A stretch of DNA of 55,578 nucleotides from a candidate division WWE3 bacterium (GTDB taxonomy: Bacteria > Patescibacteriota > WWE3 > UBA101185 > UBA10185): assembly GCA_012798315.1 (NCBI GenBank), contig JAAZNL010000020.1, forward strand, positions 1 to 55,578. Reading direction: 5' to 3'. Within the stretch, counting starts at the first letter, position 1, and the number at the start of each line of letters is the position of its first letter. The position numbers and the translations under genes are program-made. A model generated the notes under the pieces. It was not told the origin of the DNA and ran no database searches. It worked only from the letters and a program-made list of their open reading frames with translations. This document shows positions 1-8,263 of the stretch, piece by piece.

Positions 1-627
1 GTCGAGTAGGGGAATATTCATTGCTTTACCTAACGTGGAAATTTTTTTAGTTACGTTTATATCTTCGTTGCTGGGAGCGGGATCGTTAGACGGGTGGTTG
101 TGAGCAATAATAATACACGCGGCGTTTTTATTTAACGCTACAGCAAATATTTCACGTGGAGATACTATTGTTTCGTTTATAGAACCTACCGAAATTACAT
201 CTTTAGAAATAAACTTGTTTCTGGAATCGATTGAAATTAACATTAAACACTCTTTAGTTTGTCCTATAAAGTCCTTACGTAGTATGTTGAAAACATCTTC
301 AGGTTTAATTATTTGCTTTGTGGACGGGGCAGAATAATAATTAATTCGGCGCGCGATTTCTACAGCCGCTTTAATTACAACCGCTTTGGCACTATTTACA
401 TATTTGTGGCTAAGAAGTTTTTGAATATCGTATTTGTTTAAATTTGCTAAACCGCCGGCGCTTTTAAGAATTTCACGGGCCAAGTCTATAGCCGATAGAT
501 CGGTTCCTCCCGTACACAGCAGTAAGGCAATAAGTTCTTCATCCGTTAAAGAAACGGCACCTTTATTAATAAATTTTTCTCTTGGTTTTTCATCTTTATT
601 TAAGTCTCTAATGCGAGAATTAATCAT
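1..627 (-). CDS. radC: RadC-family JAB/MPN domain protein (3' end runs off the window)
   Basis: Not in the ORF track because no stop lies in the window. Manual minus-strand translation from the ATG (revcomp of 625-627) gives MINSRIRDLNKDEKPREKFINKGAVSLTDEELIALLLCTGG. The JAMM motif AHNHPSNDPAPSNEDI (revcomp of 58-105) is in frame, and the frame stays open down to base 1. Confidence 0.85.
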   Translation of the reverse strand, partial: MINSRIRDLNKDEKPREKFINKGAVSLTDEELIALLLCTGGTDLSAIDLAREILKSAGGLANLNKYDIQKLLSHKYVNSAKAVVIKAAVEIARRINYYSAPSTKQIIKPEDVFNILRKDFIGQTKECLMLISIDSRNKFISKDVISVGSINETIVSPREIFAVALNKNAACIIIAHNHPSNDPAPSNEDINVTKKISTLGKAMNIPLLD

Positions 628-692
628 TACTGTACAACATACATTGCATCAACCTGAGTATCAACGTATTTAATTCTAATAAGGAGAGAATA

Positions 693-968
693 ATGGTTAA
701 TAATGATTTGGCACTGCGAATAAAATCTATACGGATGCGTCTTAATTTGTCTCAGGATAGATTCGCAAAGAAAATAGGCTTAACCGGAAAAACTATATCA
801 GCGTACGAAAATGGGCGGTGCGTGCCCCCACTAAAGGTGTTGGATAAAATAACAGCCACGTATGGCCAGCCATTCTTGTCCGCTGGGGTGGAGGACAAAG
901 ACAACTTAACCCGTAAATTGAATTTAATAAAACAATACGTTTGTGACTTGGAAAAAATAATTTCTTAA
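693..968 (+). CDS. XRE-family helix-turn-helix transcriptional regulator
   Basis: 91-aa ORF with the HTH_3-like core LSQDRFAKKIGLTGKTISAYENGRCVP. AAGGAG Shine-Dalgarno (SD) at 681-686. Divergent from radC. Confidence 0.8.
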   Translation: MVNNDLALRIKSIRMRLNLSQDRFAKKIGLTGKTISAYENGRCVPPLKVLDKITATYGQPFLSAGVEDKDNLTRKLNLIKQYVCDLEKIIS

Positions 969-1420
969 CGTTTGGAGTATTGTGGTCTTTTTCTTGCTTT
1001 GTGTAAGAAATACTTTTTTCTTTCTACCATTCTTGGATCTCTTGTTAAGAGTCCTTGTTTAGAAAGAATAGATTTATATTCTTCGCTCATTTGGGCTAAG
1101 GCTCGCGCAATACCATGAACTACAGCATCTAATTGTCCCTGAACACCTGAACCTGTAACCCTTATTGTAGCTGTATATTTTGCTTTAGGGTGAGATACAC
1201 CTATTGCGTGAAAAGGCTTTATCCATACGGTTTGTGATACCTCATCGGCGAAGTATTCAGAAATGTCCTTACCGTTTACCGTAAAATCTCCCTTATCCTC
1301 TTTAATAAATACTCTGGCGACAGCCGTTTTTCTTCTGCCGGTACCTATAAAAAGACCTTCTTGTTTTTTCGTTACCTTTGTTTCTTCTGTTATATTTTCT
1401 TCAACTTGTTTCTTAGTCAT
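965..1420 (-). CDS. rpsI: 30S ribosomal protein S9
   Basis: GTGRRKTAVARVFI motif and C-terminal RKRPQYSKR. About 20-aa N-terminal charged extension. Confidence 0.95.
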   Translation of the reverse strand: MTKKQVEENITEETKVTKKQEGLFIGTGRRKTAVARVFIKEDKGDFTVNGKDISEYFADEVSQTVWIKPFHAIGVSHPKAKYTATIRVTGSGVQGQLDAVVHGIARALAQMSEEYKSILSKQGLLTRDPRMVERKKYFLHKARKRPQYSKR

Positions 1421-1851
1421 TATTCTTTACTTTCTTCTTTTTTGTGAGCTTTATGTGGATGCTCACTTCCTTTATAAATATACAAATTGCTCATTCTTTC
1501 TTTTCTGAGTTTGTTATTTGGCAACATGTCTTTTACAGCTTCTTCAATAACTCTCTCAGGATGTTTTTCCAGCATAGATTCCAAATTTACCTGTCTTAAG
1601 CCTTTCGGATATCCTGTGTGCCATATATATAATTTGTCTTTTAGTTTTTTACCTGTAACCTTGATTTTTTCAGCATTAGTTACAACAACCTTATCTCCGA
1701 CATTTATGTTTCTTGTAAATGTTGGTTTATTTTTACCCATTAAATATTTTGCAATCTCCACAGCAACTCTTCCGAGAACTTTACCTTCCAGATCTATAAA
1801 GTGCCATTGTTGCTTTAATATTTCTTTTTGTGGTGTGTATGTACCTTCCAT
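1420..1851 (-). CDS. rplM: 50S ribosomal protein L13
   Basis: WHFIDLEGKVLGRVAVEIAKYLMGKNKPTF is a typical L13 N-terminus. Its stop overlaps the rpsI start. Confidence 0.95.
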   Translation of the reverse strand: MEGTYTPQKEILKQQWHFIDLEGKVLGRVAVEIAKYLMGKNKPTFTRNINVGDKVVVTNAEKIKVTGKKLKDKLYIWHTGYPKGLRQVNLESMLEKHPERVIEEAVKDMLPNNKLRKERMSNLYIYKGSEHPHKAHKKEESKE

Positions 1852-1855
1852 TGTT

Positions 1856-2353
1856 TTATTCCTTAGATTCTTTTTTTACTCTTGGCTTTTTTACAACCTC
1901 TTTTAACTCTTTAACGTCTTCAGTTTTGTCTTCGGTTTTATCTTCTACTTTCGGCTTTGAAGGTTTCTTAGTGGCCGATTTTGTAAGTTCAATTCTAGAC
2001 ATTTCAGCATTATCCCCATCCCTGTTTCCGATTTTTGTTACTCTTGTATATCCACCTGTAGGTTCTTTATATCTATTGGCCACATCATCGACTAATTTCT
2101 TCACGGCATCTTCTGAATACAACGCGTTTTTCAGTTCTTTTAGTGTGTTAAATTTTAAGACTTTATCTTTTGTGTTAGAAGCTTTTATTGCTTTTGTGAT
2201 AATTGTTTCAGCGTATGGTTGTACAAACTTTGCCTTAGCATGCGTAGTTTTTATTTTTTCATTCTCAATCAGTGATGCTGTTAAATTTCTTAATAACATC
2301 TTTCTGTGATCCATATCTCTGCTAAGTTTTGTTTTTGCCACTCTGTGTCTCAT
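1856..2353 (-). CDS. rplQ: 50S ribosomal protein L17 with Lys/Glu-rich C-terminal tail
   Basis: MRHRVAKTKLSRDMDHRKMLLRNL is an L17 signature. It follows rpoA, as in canonical alpha operons. Confidence 0.95.
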   Translation of the reverse strand: MRHRVAKTKLSRDMDHRKMLLRNLTASLIENEKIKTTHAKAKFVQPYAETIITKAIKASNTKDKVLKFNTLKELKNALYSEDAVKKLVDDVANRYKEPTGGYTRVTKIGNRDGDNAEMSRIELTKSATKKPSKPKVEDKTEDKTEDVKELKEVVKKPRVKKESKE

Positions 2354-3276
2354 TATCTGTAACCTTCTTTTTCTAATAATTTCTTAATTTCATTTAATGA
2401 CTTTTCTCCGAGATTTTTAATATCTGCTAAATCATCATCTGTTTTCTTAGAAAGTTGATCTAACGTATCGATACCATGTTTCTTTAATGCATTAATTGTT
2501 CTTGTTTGCAATGGCAGTTCTTCAATTGCGATAACCTCGGTATGTTTGGATTTTTTGCTATCAGTTTCGGATTCTTCCGGGGCGGCTTCAATTTGACTTC
2601 CGCCTTCAAAGATACTTTGATAAAAAGCTCTTAAAACGTCAGCTGCATCTTTTAATGCCTGAGTGGGTGAGACACTGCCGTCGGTTTCGATAGTCAGAGT
2701 TAACTTATCGTAATCTGCTCTTTTACCAAATCTGGTAGGTTCTACTTTGTACATAGATCCTATAATCGGTGAAAACACGGAATCCAACACAATAACACCA
2801 ATCTTACTAGTCTGTCTTTCTTCCATTGGTGAGTAGCCTTCGCCGCTTTCAACTGTTAGCTCAGCAGAAAATTCGGATTTTGAATCAGCCAAGGTAGCTA
2901 TATGAAGATCCTTATTCATTATTTCGACTTCAGAACTGGTTATAATATCAGCACCAGTAACAGCTCCGGGGCCTTTTTTCTTAATGGTTACAATTACAGG
3001 ATTGTCCCCGTGCAGTTGGACTCTCAGTTTTTTTAAATTCATTGTAACTTCTACAACATCTTCCTTTACGCCAGGAATAGTTGTGAACTGATGGCTTACC
3101 CCTGCAATTTTTGCCTGAGTTACCGCTGCACCTCTGATAGATGAGAGTAAAACTCTTCTGAGGGTGTTACCCAATGTAGTACCAAAACCTGTGGGTAACG
3201 GTTCTATCTCAAAAATTCCTACGTGTTTATCTTCGCTGACTGTGCTTATCTTTAGATTTTCTAAATTTAAATTCAT
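2353..3276 (-). CDS. rpoA: DNA-directed RNA polymerase subunit alpha
   Basis: 307 aa. N-terminal GTTLGNTLRRVLLSSI motif and a C-terminal HhH domain (LPLQTRTINALKKHGIDTLDQL). Confidence 0.95.
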   Translation of the reverse strand: MNLNLENLKISTVSEDKHVGIFEIEPLPTGFGTTLGNTLRRVLLSSIRGAAVTQAKIAGVSHQFTTIPGVKEDVVEVTMNLKKLRVQLHGDNPVIVTIKKKGPGAVTGADIITSSEVEIMNKDLHIATLADSKSEFSAELTVESGEGYSPMEERQTSKIGVIVLDSVFSPIIGSMYKVEPTRFGKRADYDKLTLTIETDGSVSPTQALKDAADVLRAFYQSIFEGGSQIEAAPEESETDSKKSKHTEVIAIEELPLQTRTINALKKHGIDTLDQLSKKTDDDLADIKNLGEKSLNEIKKLLEKEGYR

Positions 3277-3292
3277 TATTTTCTCCTAAAAA

Positions 3293-3895
3293 TTATCTAG
3301 AATAAAACTCAATAATAGAGGCTACATCTACTTTTTCCTGATAATCCTCTTTACTTGGGGCTTTTGCGTATTTTACGCATTTTTCCTTTATATTAGCCTC
3401 AAGCCAATCAGGAAGTACAAAACCTTCGCGTAGATGTATCTTATCAAAACTCACGGGTTTAATTACGTCGCCTATTCTTAAATGATAGGACGGAATATCC
3501 ACCGGTTTGTCGTTAACCAACAAATAGCCTGTTCTAATAAGTTTTCTAGCCTGATTTCTAGATACTGCAAAACCACTTCTGTAAACCAAATTGTCAAGTC
3601 TTGACTCAAGTTTTTGAATTAATACGTCGCCTGTTACTCCTTTTGTCCTTAAAGCCTCATTAACATATTTTGCAAATTGTCGCTCTAAGATACCGTATAT
3701 CCTTTTTGCCTTTTGCTTCTCTCTTAATTGTTTGCCATATTCTGATAATGCCCTTCTGGAAGTACCGTGTTGTCCCGGTGCCTGAGGTCTTTTTTGGACG
3801 GTACATTTATCACTTTCACACTTAGCCCCTTTTAAATAAAGCTTTGTGCCTTCTCTTCTACATAATCTACATTTTGGTCCTGTGGTTCTTGCCAT
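3293..3895 (-). CDS. rpsD: 30S ribosomal protein S4
   Basis: MARTTGPKCRLCRREGTKLYLKGAKC zinc-ribbon N-terminus and an S4 RNA-binding domain. Confidence 0.95.
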   Translation of the reverse strand: MARTTGPKCRLCRREGTKLYLKGAKCESDKCTVQKRPQAPGQHGTSRRALSEYGKQLREKQKAKRIYGILERQFAKYVNEALRTKGVTGDVLIQKLESRLDNLVYRSGFAVSRNQARKLIRTGYLLVNDKPVDIPSYHLRIGDVIKPVSFDKIHLREGFVLPDWLEANIKEKCVKYAKAPSKEDYQEKVDVASIIEFYSR

Positions 3896-3913
3896 AGATA
3901 AATACTTTCAGAA

Positions 3914-4312
3914 CTAAACTCTTCGTTTCTTTTTTGGCCTACAACCATTATGTGGGATGGGTGTAGTATCCGAAATTGATATAACATTTAAACCTGCAGT
4001 TTTTAAAGCCTTGATTGAAGAAATTCTTCCTAATCCGGGACCTCTTACAACTACAGATACTTCTTTTACGCCCATCTGAGCTGCTTTAGCGGCTAAAGCT
4101 TCGGCTGCTTTGGTGGCTGCATATGGGGTGGCTCTACGAGAGCCTTTAAAGCCAACTTTACCGGCACTACCTGATACAAGTGCATTTCCTTCAGGATCGG
4201 TAATCGTAATAATAGTATTATTAAAACCTGCGGTTATATAAACTTTTCCGCTTGTTACATTCTTTGCTGCCTGTTTTTTTGCTTTAGTTTTTGTTTGTTT
4301 TTTTTCTGCCAT
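3914..4312 (-). CDS. rpsK: 30S ribosomal protein S11
   Basis: GKVYITAGFNNTIITITDPEGNAL and C-terminal PHNGCRPKKKRRV. Confidence 0.95.
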   Translation of the reverse strand: MAEKKQTKTKAKKQAAKNVTSGKVYITAGFNNTIITITDPEGNALVSGSAGKVGFKGSRRATPYAATKAAEALAAKAAQMGVKEVSVVVRGPGLGRISSIKALKTAGLNVISISDTTPIPHNGCRPKKKRRV

Positions 4313-4334
4313 ATGTTACTTTCGAGCATAGCGA

Positions 4335-4365
4335 GAAAGGAGGACGGCATGCCGTACTCACTTTC
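4335..4365 (-). other. Imperfect 12-bp hairpin in the rpsM-rpsK spacer
   Basis: GAAAGGAG-g-ACGG-catg-CCGT-a-CTC(a)CTTTC. On the mRNA (minus) strand the 3' arm reads CCUCCUUUC. Confidence 0.5.
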
Positions 4366-4371
4366 GAGACT

Positions 4372-4758
4372 TTACTTCTTAGCTAACTTTTTCTTCTGGC
4401 CTCCTACCGTCTTACGTTTTCCTTTTCTAGTTCTTGAGTTAGAACGTGTTCTCTGACCTCTTACCGGAAGACCTATTTTATGCCTGGTGCCTCTGTAGGA
4501 ACCGATTTCTTGTAAACGTCTTATATTAGAACTTACGATTCTTCGTAATTCGCCTTCAACCGGTATTTCCATGGCAACTAATGTGCTTTGAATTGATGCT
4601 AGTTCTGCATCAGTTAAGTCCTTTGCTCTTTTGTTTGAATCCACCTTGGCTTCGGTCAAAATTTTCTTTGCTGTAGTATCTCCGATTCCGTATAAATAAG
4701 TTAAAGCTGTTTCTATTCTTTTATTATTTGGTAAATCTATACCTGATACTCTAGCCAT
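4372..4758 (-). CDS. rpsM: 30S ribosomal protein S13
   Basis: [26 protein letters not shown] and [19 protein letters not shown]. Confidence 0.95.
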   Translation of the reverse strand: MARVSGIDLPNNKRIETALTYLYGIGDTTAKKILTEAKVDSNKRAKDLTDAELASIQSTLVAMEIPVEGELRRIVSSNIRRLQEIGSYRGTRHKIGLPVRGQRTRSNSRTRKGKRKTVGGQKKKLAKK

Positions 4759-4761
4759 TTT

Positions 4762-4878
4762 TTATCCTTGCCTTTGCTTGTGCTTAGGGTTTCTTTTGCA
4801 AATTACCCTTACCACACCTTTTCTTTTTATAATTTTGCATTCTCTACAAATTGGTTTTACTGACGATCTTACTTTCAT
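4762..4878 (-). CDS. rpmJ: 50S ribosomal protein L36
   Basis: Below the ORF-track size cutoff. Manual minus-strand translation gives [38 protein letters not shown] (38 aa). Canonical position between infA and rpsM. Confidence 0.9.
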   Translation of the reverse strand: MKVRSSVKPICRECKIIKRKGVVRVICKRNPKHKQRQG

Positions 4879-4889
4879 ATATTTCCTTT

Positions 4890-4912
4890 GAAAGGGTAAC
4901 CGCTGCCCTTTC
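4890..4912 (-). other. 7-bp hairpin immediately upstream of the rpmJ ribosome-binding site
   Basis: GAAAGGG-taaccgctg-CCCTTTC in the 110-nt infA-rpmJ spacer. Confidence 0.4.
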
Positions 4913-4988
4913 TACATACTGCATTTTTCCTAAACGCGAAGCGATTTTCTCATACCCTTAGGTATAATACCAGACGTTTCTTTATTTC

Positions 4989-5216
4989 CTATTTATATCG
5001 GTAAGAAATTCTTCCTCGAGTAGTATCGTGAGGTGAAAAATCTACCTTAACCTTATCCCCCGGCAGTATTCTTATTTTAAACTTCCTCATTTTTCCCGAT
5101 AGGGTAGCAAGGATTTCTTTAGTTTCTCCCTGATCATCTATCTCGATTTTAAACATACCCCCCATGAGTGATTCAGTTACTCTGCCATCTTTTGTTATTA
5201 ATTCCTTTGTGTCCAT
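4989..5216 (-). CDS. infA: Translation initiation factor IF-1
   Basis: S1-like fold with GKMRKFKIRILPGDKVKVDFSPHDTTRGRISYRYK. The ATG at 5216 is preferred over the track's TTG at 5252, because a good promoter (5234-5262) lies inside the longer ORF and 75 aa fits IF-1 length. Confidence 0.9.
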   Translation of the reverse strand: MDTKELITKDGRVTESLMGGMFKIEIDDQGETKEILATLSGKMRKFKIRILPGDKVKVDFSPHDTTRGRISYRYK

Positions 5217-5233
5217 ATTGTACAACGCCGAGA

Positions 5234-5262
5234 ATTCTACCAAAACCCTCAACTAAGGTCAA
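5234..5262 (-). promoter_or_regulatory. Putative sigma70-type promoter of the infA-to-rpsI block
   Basis: The minus strand reads TTGACC, a 17-nt spacer, then TGgTAGAAT (extended -10). It predicts a leader of only about 10 nt before the infA ATG. Confidence 0.4.
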
Positions 5263-5308
5263 TAACATGCTCCTGGTTTAGACTTTTGTTGTTATCGCTT
5301 CTTTTTCG

Positions 5309-5337
5309 TTGACTTTTCGGTAATCGAACTCTATATT
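5309..5337 (+). promoter_or_regulatory. Putative sigma70-type promoter of serS
   Basis: TTGACT (5309-5314), a 17-nt spacer, then TATATT (5332-5337), about 40 nt upstream of the serS ATG. Confidence 0.4.
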
Positions 5338-5375
5338 ACCATTAAGTCCTAAAATTTCAATAATTCCGGAAAAGT

Positions 5376-6695
5376 ATGCTTGATATTAAATACATTAAGG
5401 AAAATAAAGAAAAAGTTAAAAAAGCTGTTAATGATAAGCAAATGTCCAATTCCGTTGATATAGACTTACTTTTGGGTACCTATGATACCTATTTGGAACT
5501 GCTTAAACAGGTTGAAATTCACCGGAATCTGAAAAATAACCTATCAAAAGATATTTCTAAACTTACTGAAGGAGACCGTTCTAAGATACTTTTGGAAGCA
5601 AAAGACGTTAAATCTGAACTGACTAAACTGGAAACCGAGTTAACGGCTATTTCTGAGAAACTCAATACATTGCAATTAGCTGTACCTAATATTTACGCGG
5701 AAGATGTACCGTATGGAGTTGATGAATCTGAAAATGTGGTAGCCCGTAAAGTGGGAGAGCCCAAAGTTTTTGATTTTACGCCCAAGGAACACATGGATAT
5801 AGGTGAAGCATTGGGGATTATTGATGTGGAAACCGCAGGTAAAGTGTCGGGATCCCGTTTTTGTTACCTATTAAATGAAGCAGTTTTGCTTCAATTTGCG
5901 TTGGTACAGTTCTGCTTAAAAACGGTTACAGATCCAGTGGTCATTGCGGACTTGGCAAAGAAAGCCGGAAGTCCCAGTGCAAAAACATTTATACCCGTAG
6001 TGCCTCCGGTTATTGTAAAACCCGAAGTAATGAAAAGAATGGATAGGCTAGATCCTATTGAAGAACGCTATTATATACCTTCGGACGATGTGCTTTTGGT
6101 GGGAAGTGCTGAGCATACATTGGGTCCGATGCTGGCAGATTCAACTATTGAATATGCTAAGCTTCCTATCCGTTATATTGGGTATTCAACGGCTTTCAGA
6201 CGGGAAGCAGGATCCTATGGTAAAGACGTAAAAGGTATTTTAAGAGTGCATCAGTTCGATAAACTTGAAATGGAATCTTTTGCCGCGCAGGAACAGGGTG
6301 AATCTGAACAACGATTGTTTGTCGCGATTCAGGAGTATTTAGTACAGCAGTTGGGCATTCCATATCAGGTTGTAAATGTTTGTACCGGCGATATGGGTAA
6401 GCCGGATTACAGACATATTGATATTGAGTGTTGGCTTCCGGGTCAAGGTAAATACCGCGAAACGCATACTTCGGATTACATGACAGACTACCAGTCCCGA
6501 AGGTTAAACGCAGGTTATCGCGATAAAAACGGCGACCGCAAACTTATGTACATGAACGATGCTACGGCTATAGCTATAGGTAGAACGCTAATAGCAATTT
6601 TAGAAAATTACCAGCAAAAAGATGGTTCAGTAGTAATTCCTGGGGTACTAAGACCGTTTATGGGAATAGAAATCATTGAACCGAAAAAATCTTAA
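5376..6695 (+). CDS. serS: Seryl-tRNA synthetase
   Basis: 439 aa. N-terminal coiled-coil arm (MLDIKYIKENKEKV...) and class II core motifs (FRREAGSYGKDVKGILRVHQFDKLE; GRTLIAILENYQQKDGSVVIP). Confidence 0.95.
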   Translation: MLDIKYIKENKEKVKKAVNDKQMSNSVDIDLLLGTYDTYLELLKQVEIHRNLKNNLSKDISKLTEGDRSKILLEAKDVKSELTKLETELTAISEKLNTLQLAVPNIYAEDVPYGVDESENVVARKVGEPKVFDFTPKEHMDIGEALGIIDVETAGKVSGSRFCYLLNEAVLLQFALVQFCLKTVTDPVVIADLAKKAGSPSAKTFIPVVPPVIVKPEVMKRMDRLDPIEERYYIPSDDVLLVGSAEHTLGPMLADSTIEYAKLPIRYIGYSTAFRREAGSYGKDVKGILRVHQFDKLEMESFAAQEQGESEQRLFVAIQEYLVQQLGIPYQVVNVCTGDMGKPDYRHIDIECWLPGQGKYRETHTSDYMTDYQSRRLNAGYRDKNGDRKLMYMNDATAIAIGRTLIAILENYQQKDGSVVIPGVLRPFMGIEIIEPKKS

Positions 6696-6734
6696 TGTGA
6701 TAATGAGCATAAACAGCTTGGTTATTGAAACAAT

Positions 6735-7427
6735 ATGAACATTTTTACGGGCATACAAGGTCCCAAGGTTATTTACGAAACTGAATCAAAATATAACGGC
6801 CACATAAAGGTTGTGCAATTTGGCAATACTCTAAAAGTAAAAGTTGATAACATAGACCAGTCTTTAAATCCGGACTCTCCTGCATGTGCGAGATTATATT
6901 GGGGTAAGGTAATTGAAGTATTAAAAGAAAATATGCCTGAAATGAAAAATGTTATGATTCTGGGTTTGGGCGGAGGAACAATAGCTCATTTAATAAGCAG
7001 AAATTTCCCGAATACTAAAATAACGGCGGTGGAAGTGGATCAGGTAATGGTGGATATTGCTAATCAGTATTTTGAGCTGGGCTCGATTCCAAATTTGCAG
7101 GTTATAGTAGATGACGCTATGCGCGTGGTGGTCGAATCAGATAAATACGGTATTTCGGAACACAGTCTGGATGCAATATTAGTAGATATTTACGTGGGAC
7201 AGAAATATCCAGAGTTGGGTAAGTCGGGAAATTTTGTTGCTGCGTTAAAAAAACTTATGAACCCTCACGGTCTGTTAATTTTTAACAGAATATATGTGGA
7301 CGAGCACCAGGACGATGTGAATACCTTTATTGATTATCTGGAAAACCAATTATCTAATGTTAAATGTACCGTTGTTGCGGGATATACAAATTCAGATAAT
7401 ATTTTAATTTACGGACGACCCCTTTAA
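6735..7427 (+). CDS. Spermidine-synthase-like class I SAM-dependent methyltransferase fold protein
   Basis: VMILGLGGGTIAHLI glycine-rich SAM/dcSAM motif followed by TAVEVDQVMVDIANQYF. The exact function cannot be determined from the sequence. Confidence 0.6.
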   Translation: MNIFTGIQGPKVIYETESKYNGHIKVVQFGNTLKVKVDNIDQSLNPDSPACARLYWGKVIEVLKENMPEMKNVMILGLGGGTIAHLISRNFPNTKITAVEVDQVMVDIANQYFELGSIPNLQVIVDDAMRVVVESDKYGISEHSLDAILVDIYVGQKYPELGKSGNFVAALKKLMNPHGLLIFNRIYVDEHQDDVNTFIDYLENQLSNVKCTVVAGYTNSDNILIYGRPL

Positions 7428-7433
7428 ATAACT

Positions 7434-8237
7434 ATGTCTATATTTCAAGCAATTATTCTAGGAATAGTGCAGGGTGCTACTGAGTTTTTACCCATATCGT
7501 CTTCAGGACACTTAATACTTGTCCCTAAATTTTTAGGTATGACTGAACAACCCCTTGTTTTTGATACCACGATGCATTTGGCGACAGCAATTACGTTAAT
7601 AGTTTTTTTCTTTGGAGATTATGTGAAATTAGTGAAAGGATTTTTAACAGATCTTCTACAAAGACACAGTTTATTTCCGGAAGATAAATCCCAGCCCGGT
7701 TTGATGCTTTTATTTATTTCTTCTCTACCGGCTGCAATTTTAGGCTTTTTTCTTGAGAACAAAATAGAGTCAGTATTCAGAGATGTAATTCACGTAATTA
7801 TATTTATGGCGGTAGGAACAATTTTGATGGTTTTGGCTGATGCATACGGTTCCAGGGTAAAAGACAAAGTTTCAATATCACAAGCCACGGTCATAGGCTT
7901 TTTTCAATCTTTGGCTCTTTTCCCCGGAGTTTCCCGTTCAGGTGCTACTATTTCAGGCGGTATGCTTATGGGGCTAAAGCGTGACTACGCCGCACGTTTT
8001 TCTTTCTTAATATCAGTTCCGATTGTTATTGCCGCTGCCTTATTTAAATTACTTTCCACCGATTGGGCATTAACCGGCATTTCTTTTATACAGTTATTCG
8101 CTGGTTTTTTGAGTAGCTTTGTAACGGGAATGTTCGCGGTAAAGTTTTTGTTAAATTATTTGAAAAACAAAAGTCTTCAGGTTTTTATTATATACAGGAT
8201 CATCCTCATCATAGCCGTGGGCTTGGCTATGTTCTAA
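7434..8237 (+). CDS. uppP: Undecaprenyl-diphosphatase
   Basis: [15 protein letters not shown] and [13 protein letters not shown] are the two BacA/UppP signature motifs. Polytopic membrane protein. Confidence 0.92.
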   Translation: MSIFQAIILGIVQGATEFLPISSSGHLILVPKFLGMTEQPLVFDTTMHLATAITLIVFFFGDYVKLVKGFLTDLLQRHSLFPEDKSQPGLMLLFISSLPAAILGFFLENKIESVFRDVIHVIIFMAVGTILMVLADAYGSRVKDKVSISQATVIGFFQSLALFPGVSRSGATISGGMLMGLKRDYAARFSFLISVPIVIAAALFKLLSTDWALTGISFIQLFAGFLSSFVTGMFAVKFLLNYLKNKSLQVFIIYRIILIIAVGLAMF

Positions 8238-8263
8238 TTTTCCAATGTTATAATCAGTTTGTT

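Noticed and set aside
1-968. The radC and XRE-HTH divergent pair as a toxin-antitoxin or defence module.
   Set aside because: Only two genes are present, one of them truncated by the window edge. RadC/JAB next to an HTH regulator is common and non-specific, and no nuclease, toxin or other defence-type domain is visible.
1263-2309. Long plus-strand ORFs (1263-1508, 1487-1906, 1830-2309) opposite rpsI, rplM and rplQ. Similar antisense ORFs occur at 434-673, 10566-11030, 24350-24658, 32703-33039 and 33549-33920.
   Set aside because: Each one overlaps a strongly conserved gene on the other strand and encodes Phe/Leu/Ser-rich low-complexity sequence, which is the mirror image of Lys/Glu-rich genes. 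None has a recognisable motif or a ribosome-binding site. They are typical shadow ORFs of AT-rich coding DNA.
4318-4368. The 9-bp direct repeats ACTTTCGAG flanking a palindrome, read as a target-site duplication of a miniature mobile element.
   Set aside because: The enclosed segment is only 33 bp, has no terminal inverted repeats distinct from the hairpin itself, and I saw no other copies in the window. A structured intercistronic element is the simpler reading.
5253-5375. A T-box riboswitch upstream of serS.
   Set aside because: The leader left after the predicted promoter is only about 40 nt, which is far too short for a T-box. No specifier-loop or antiterminator features are visible.
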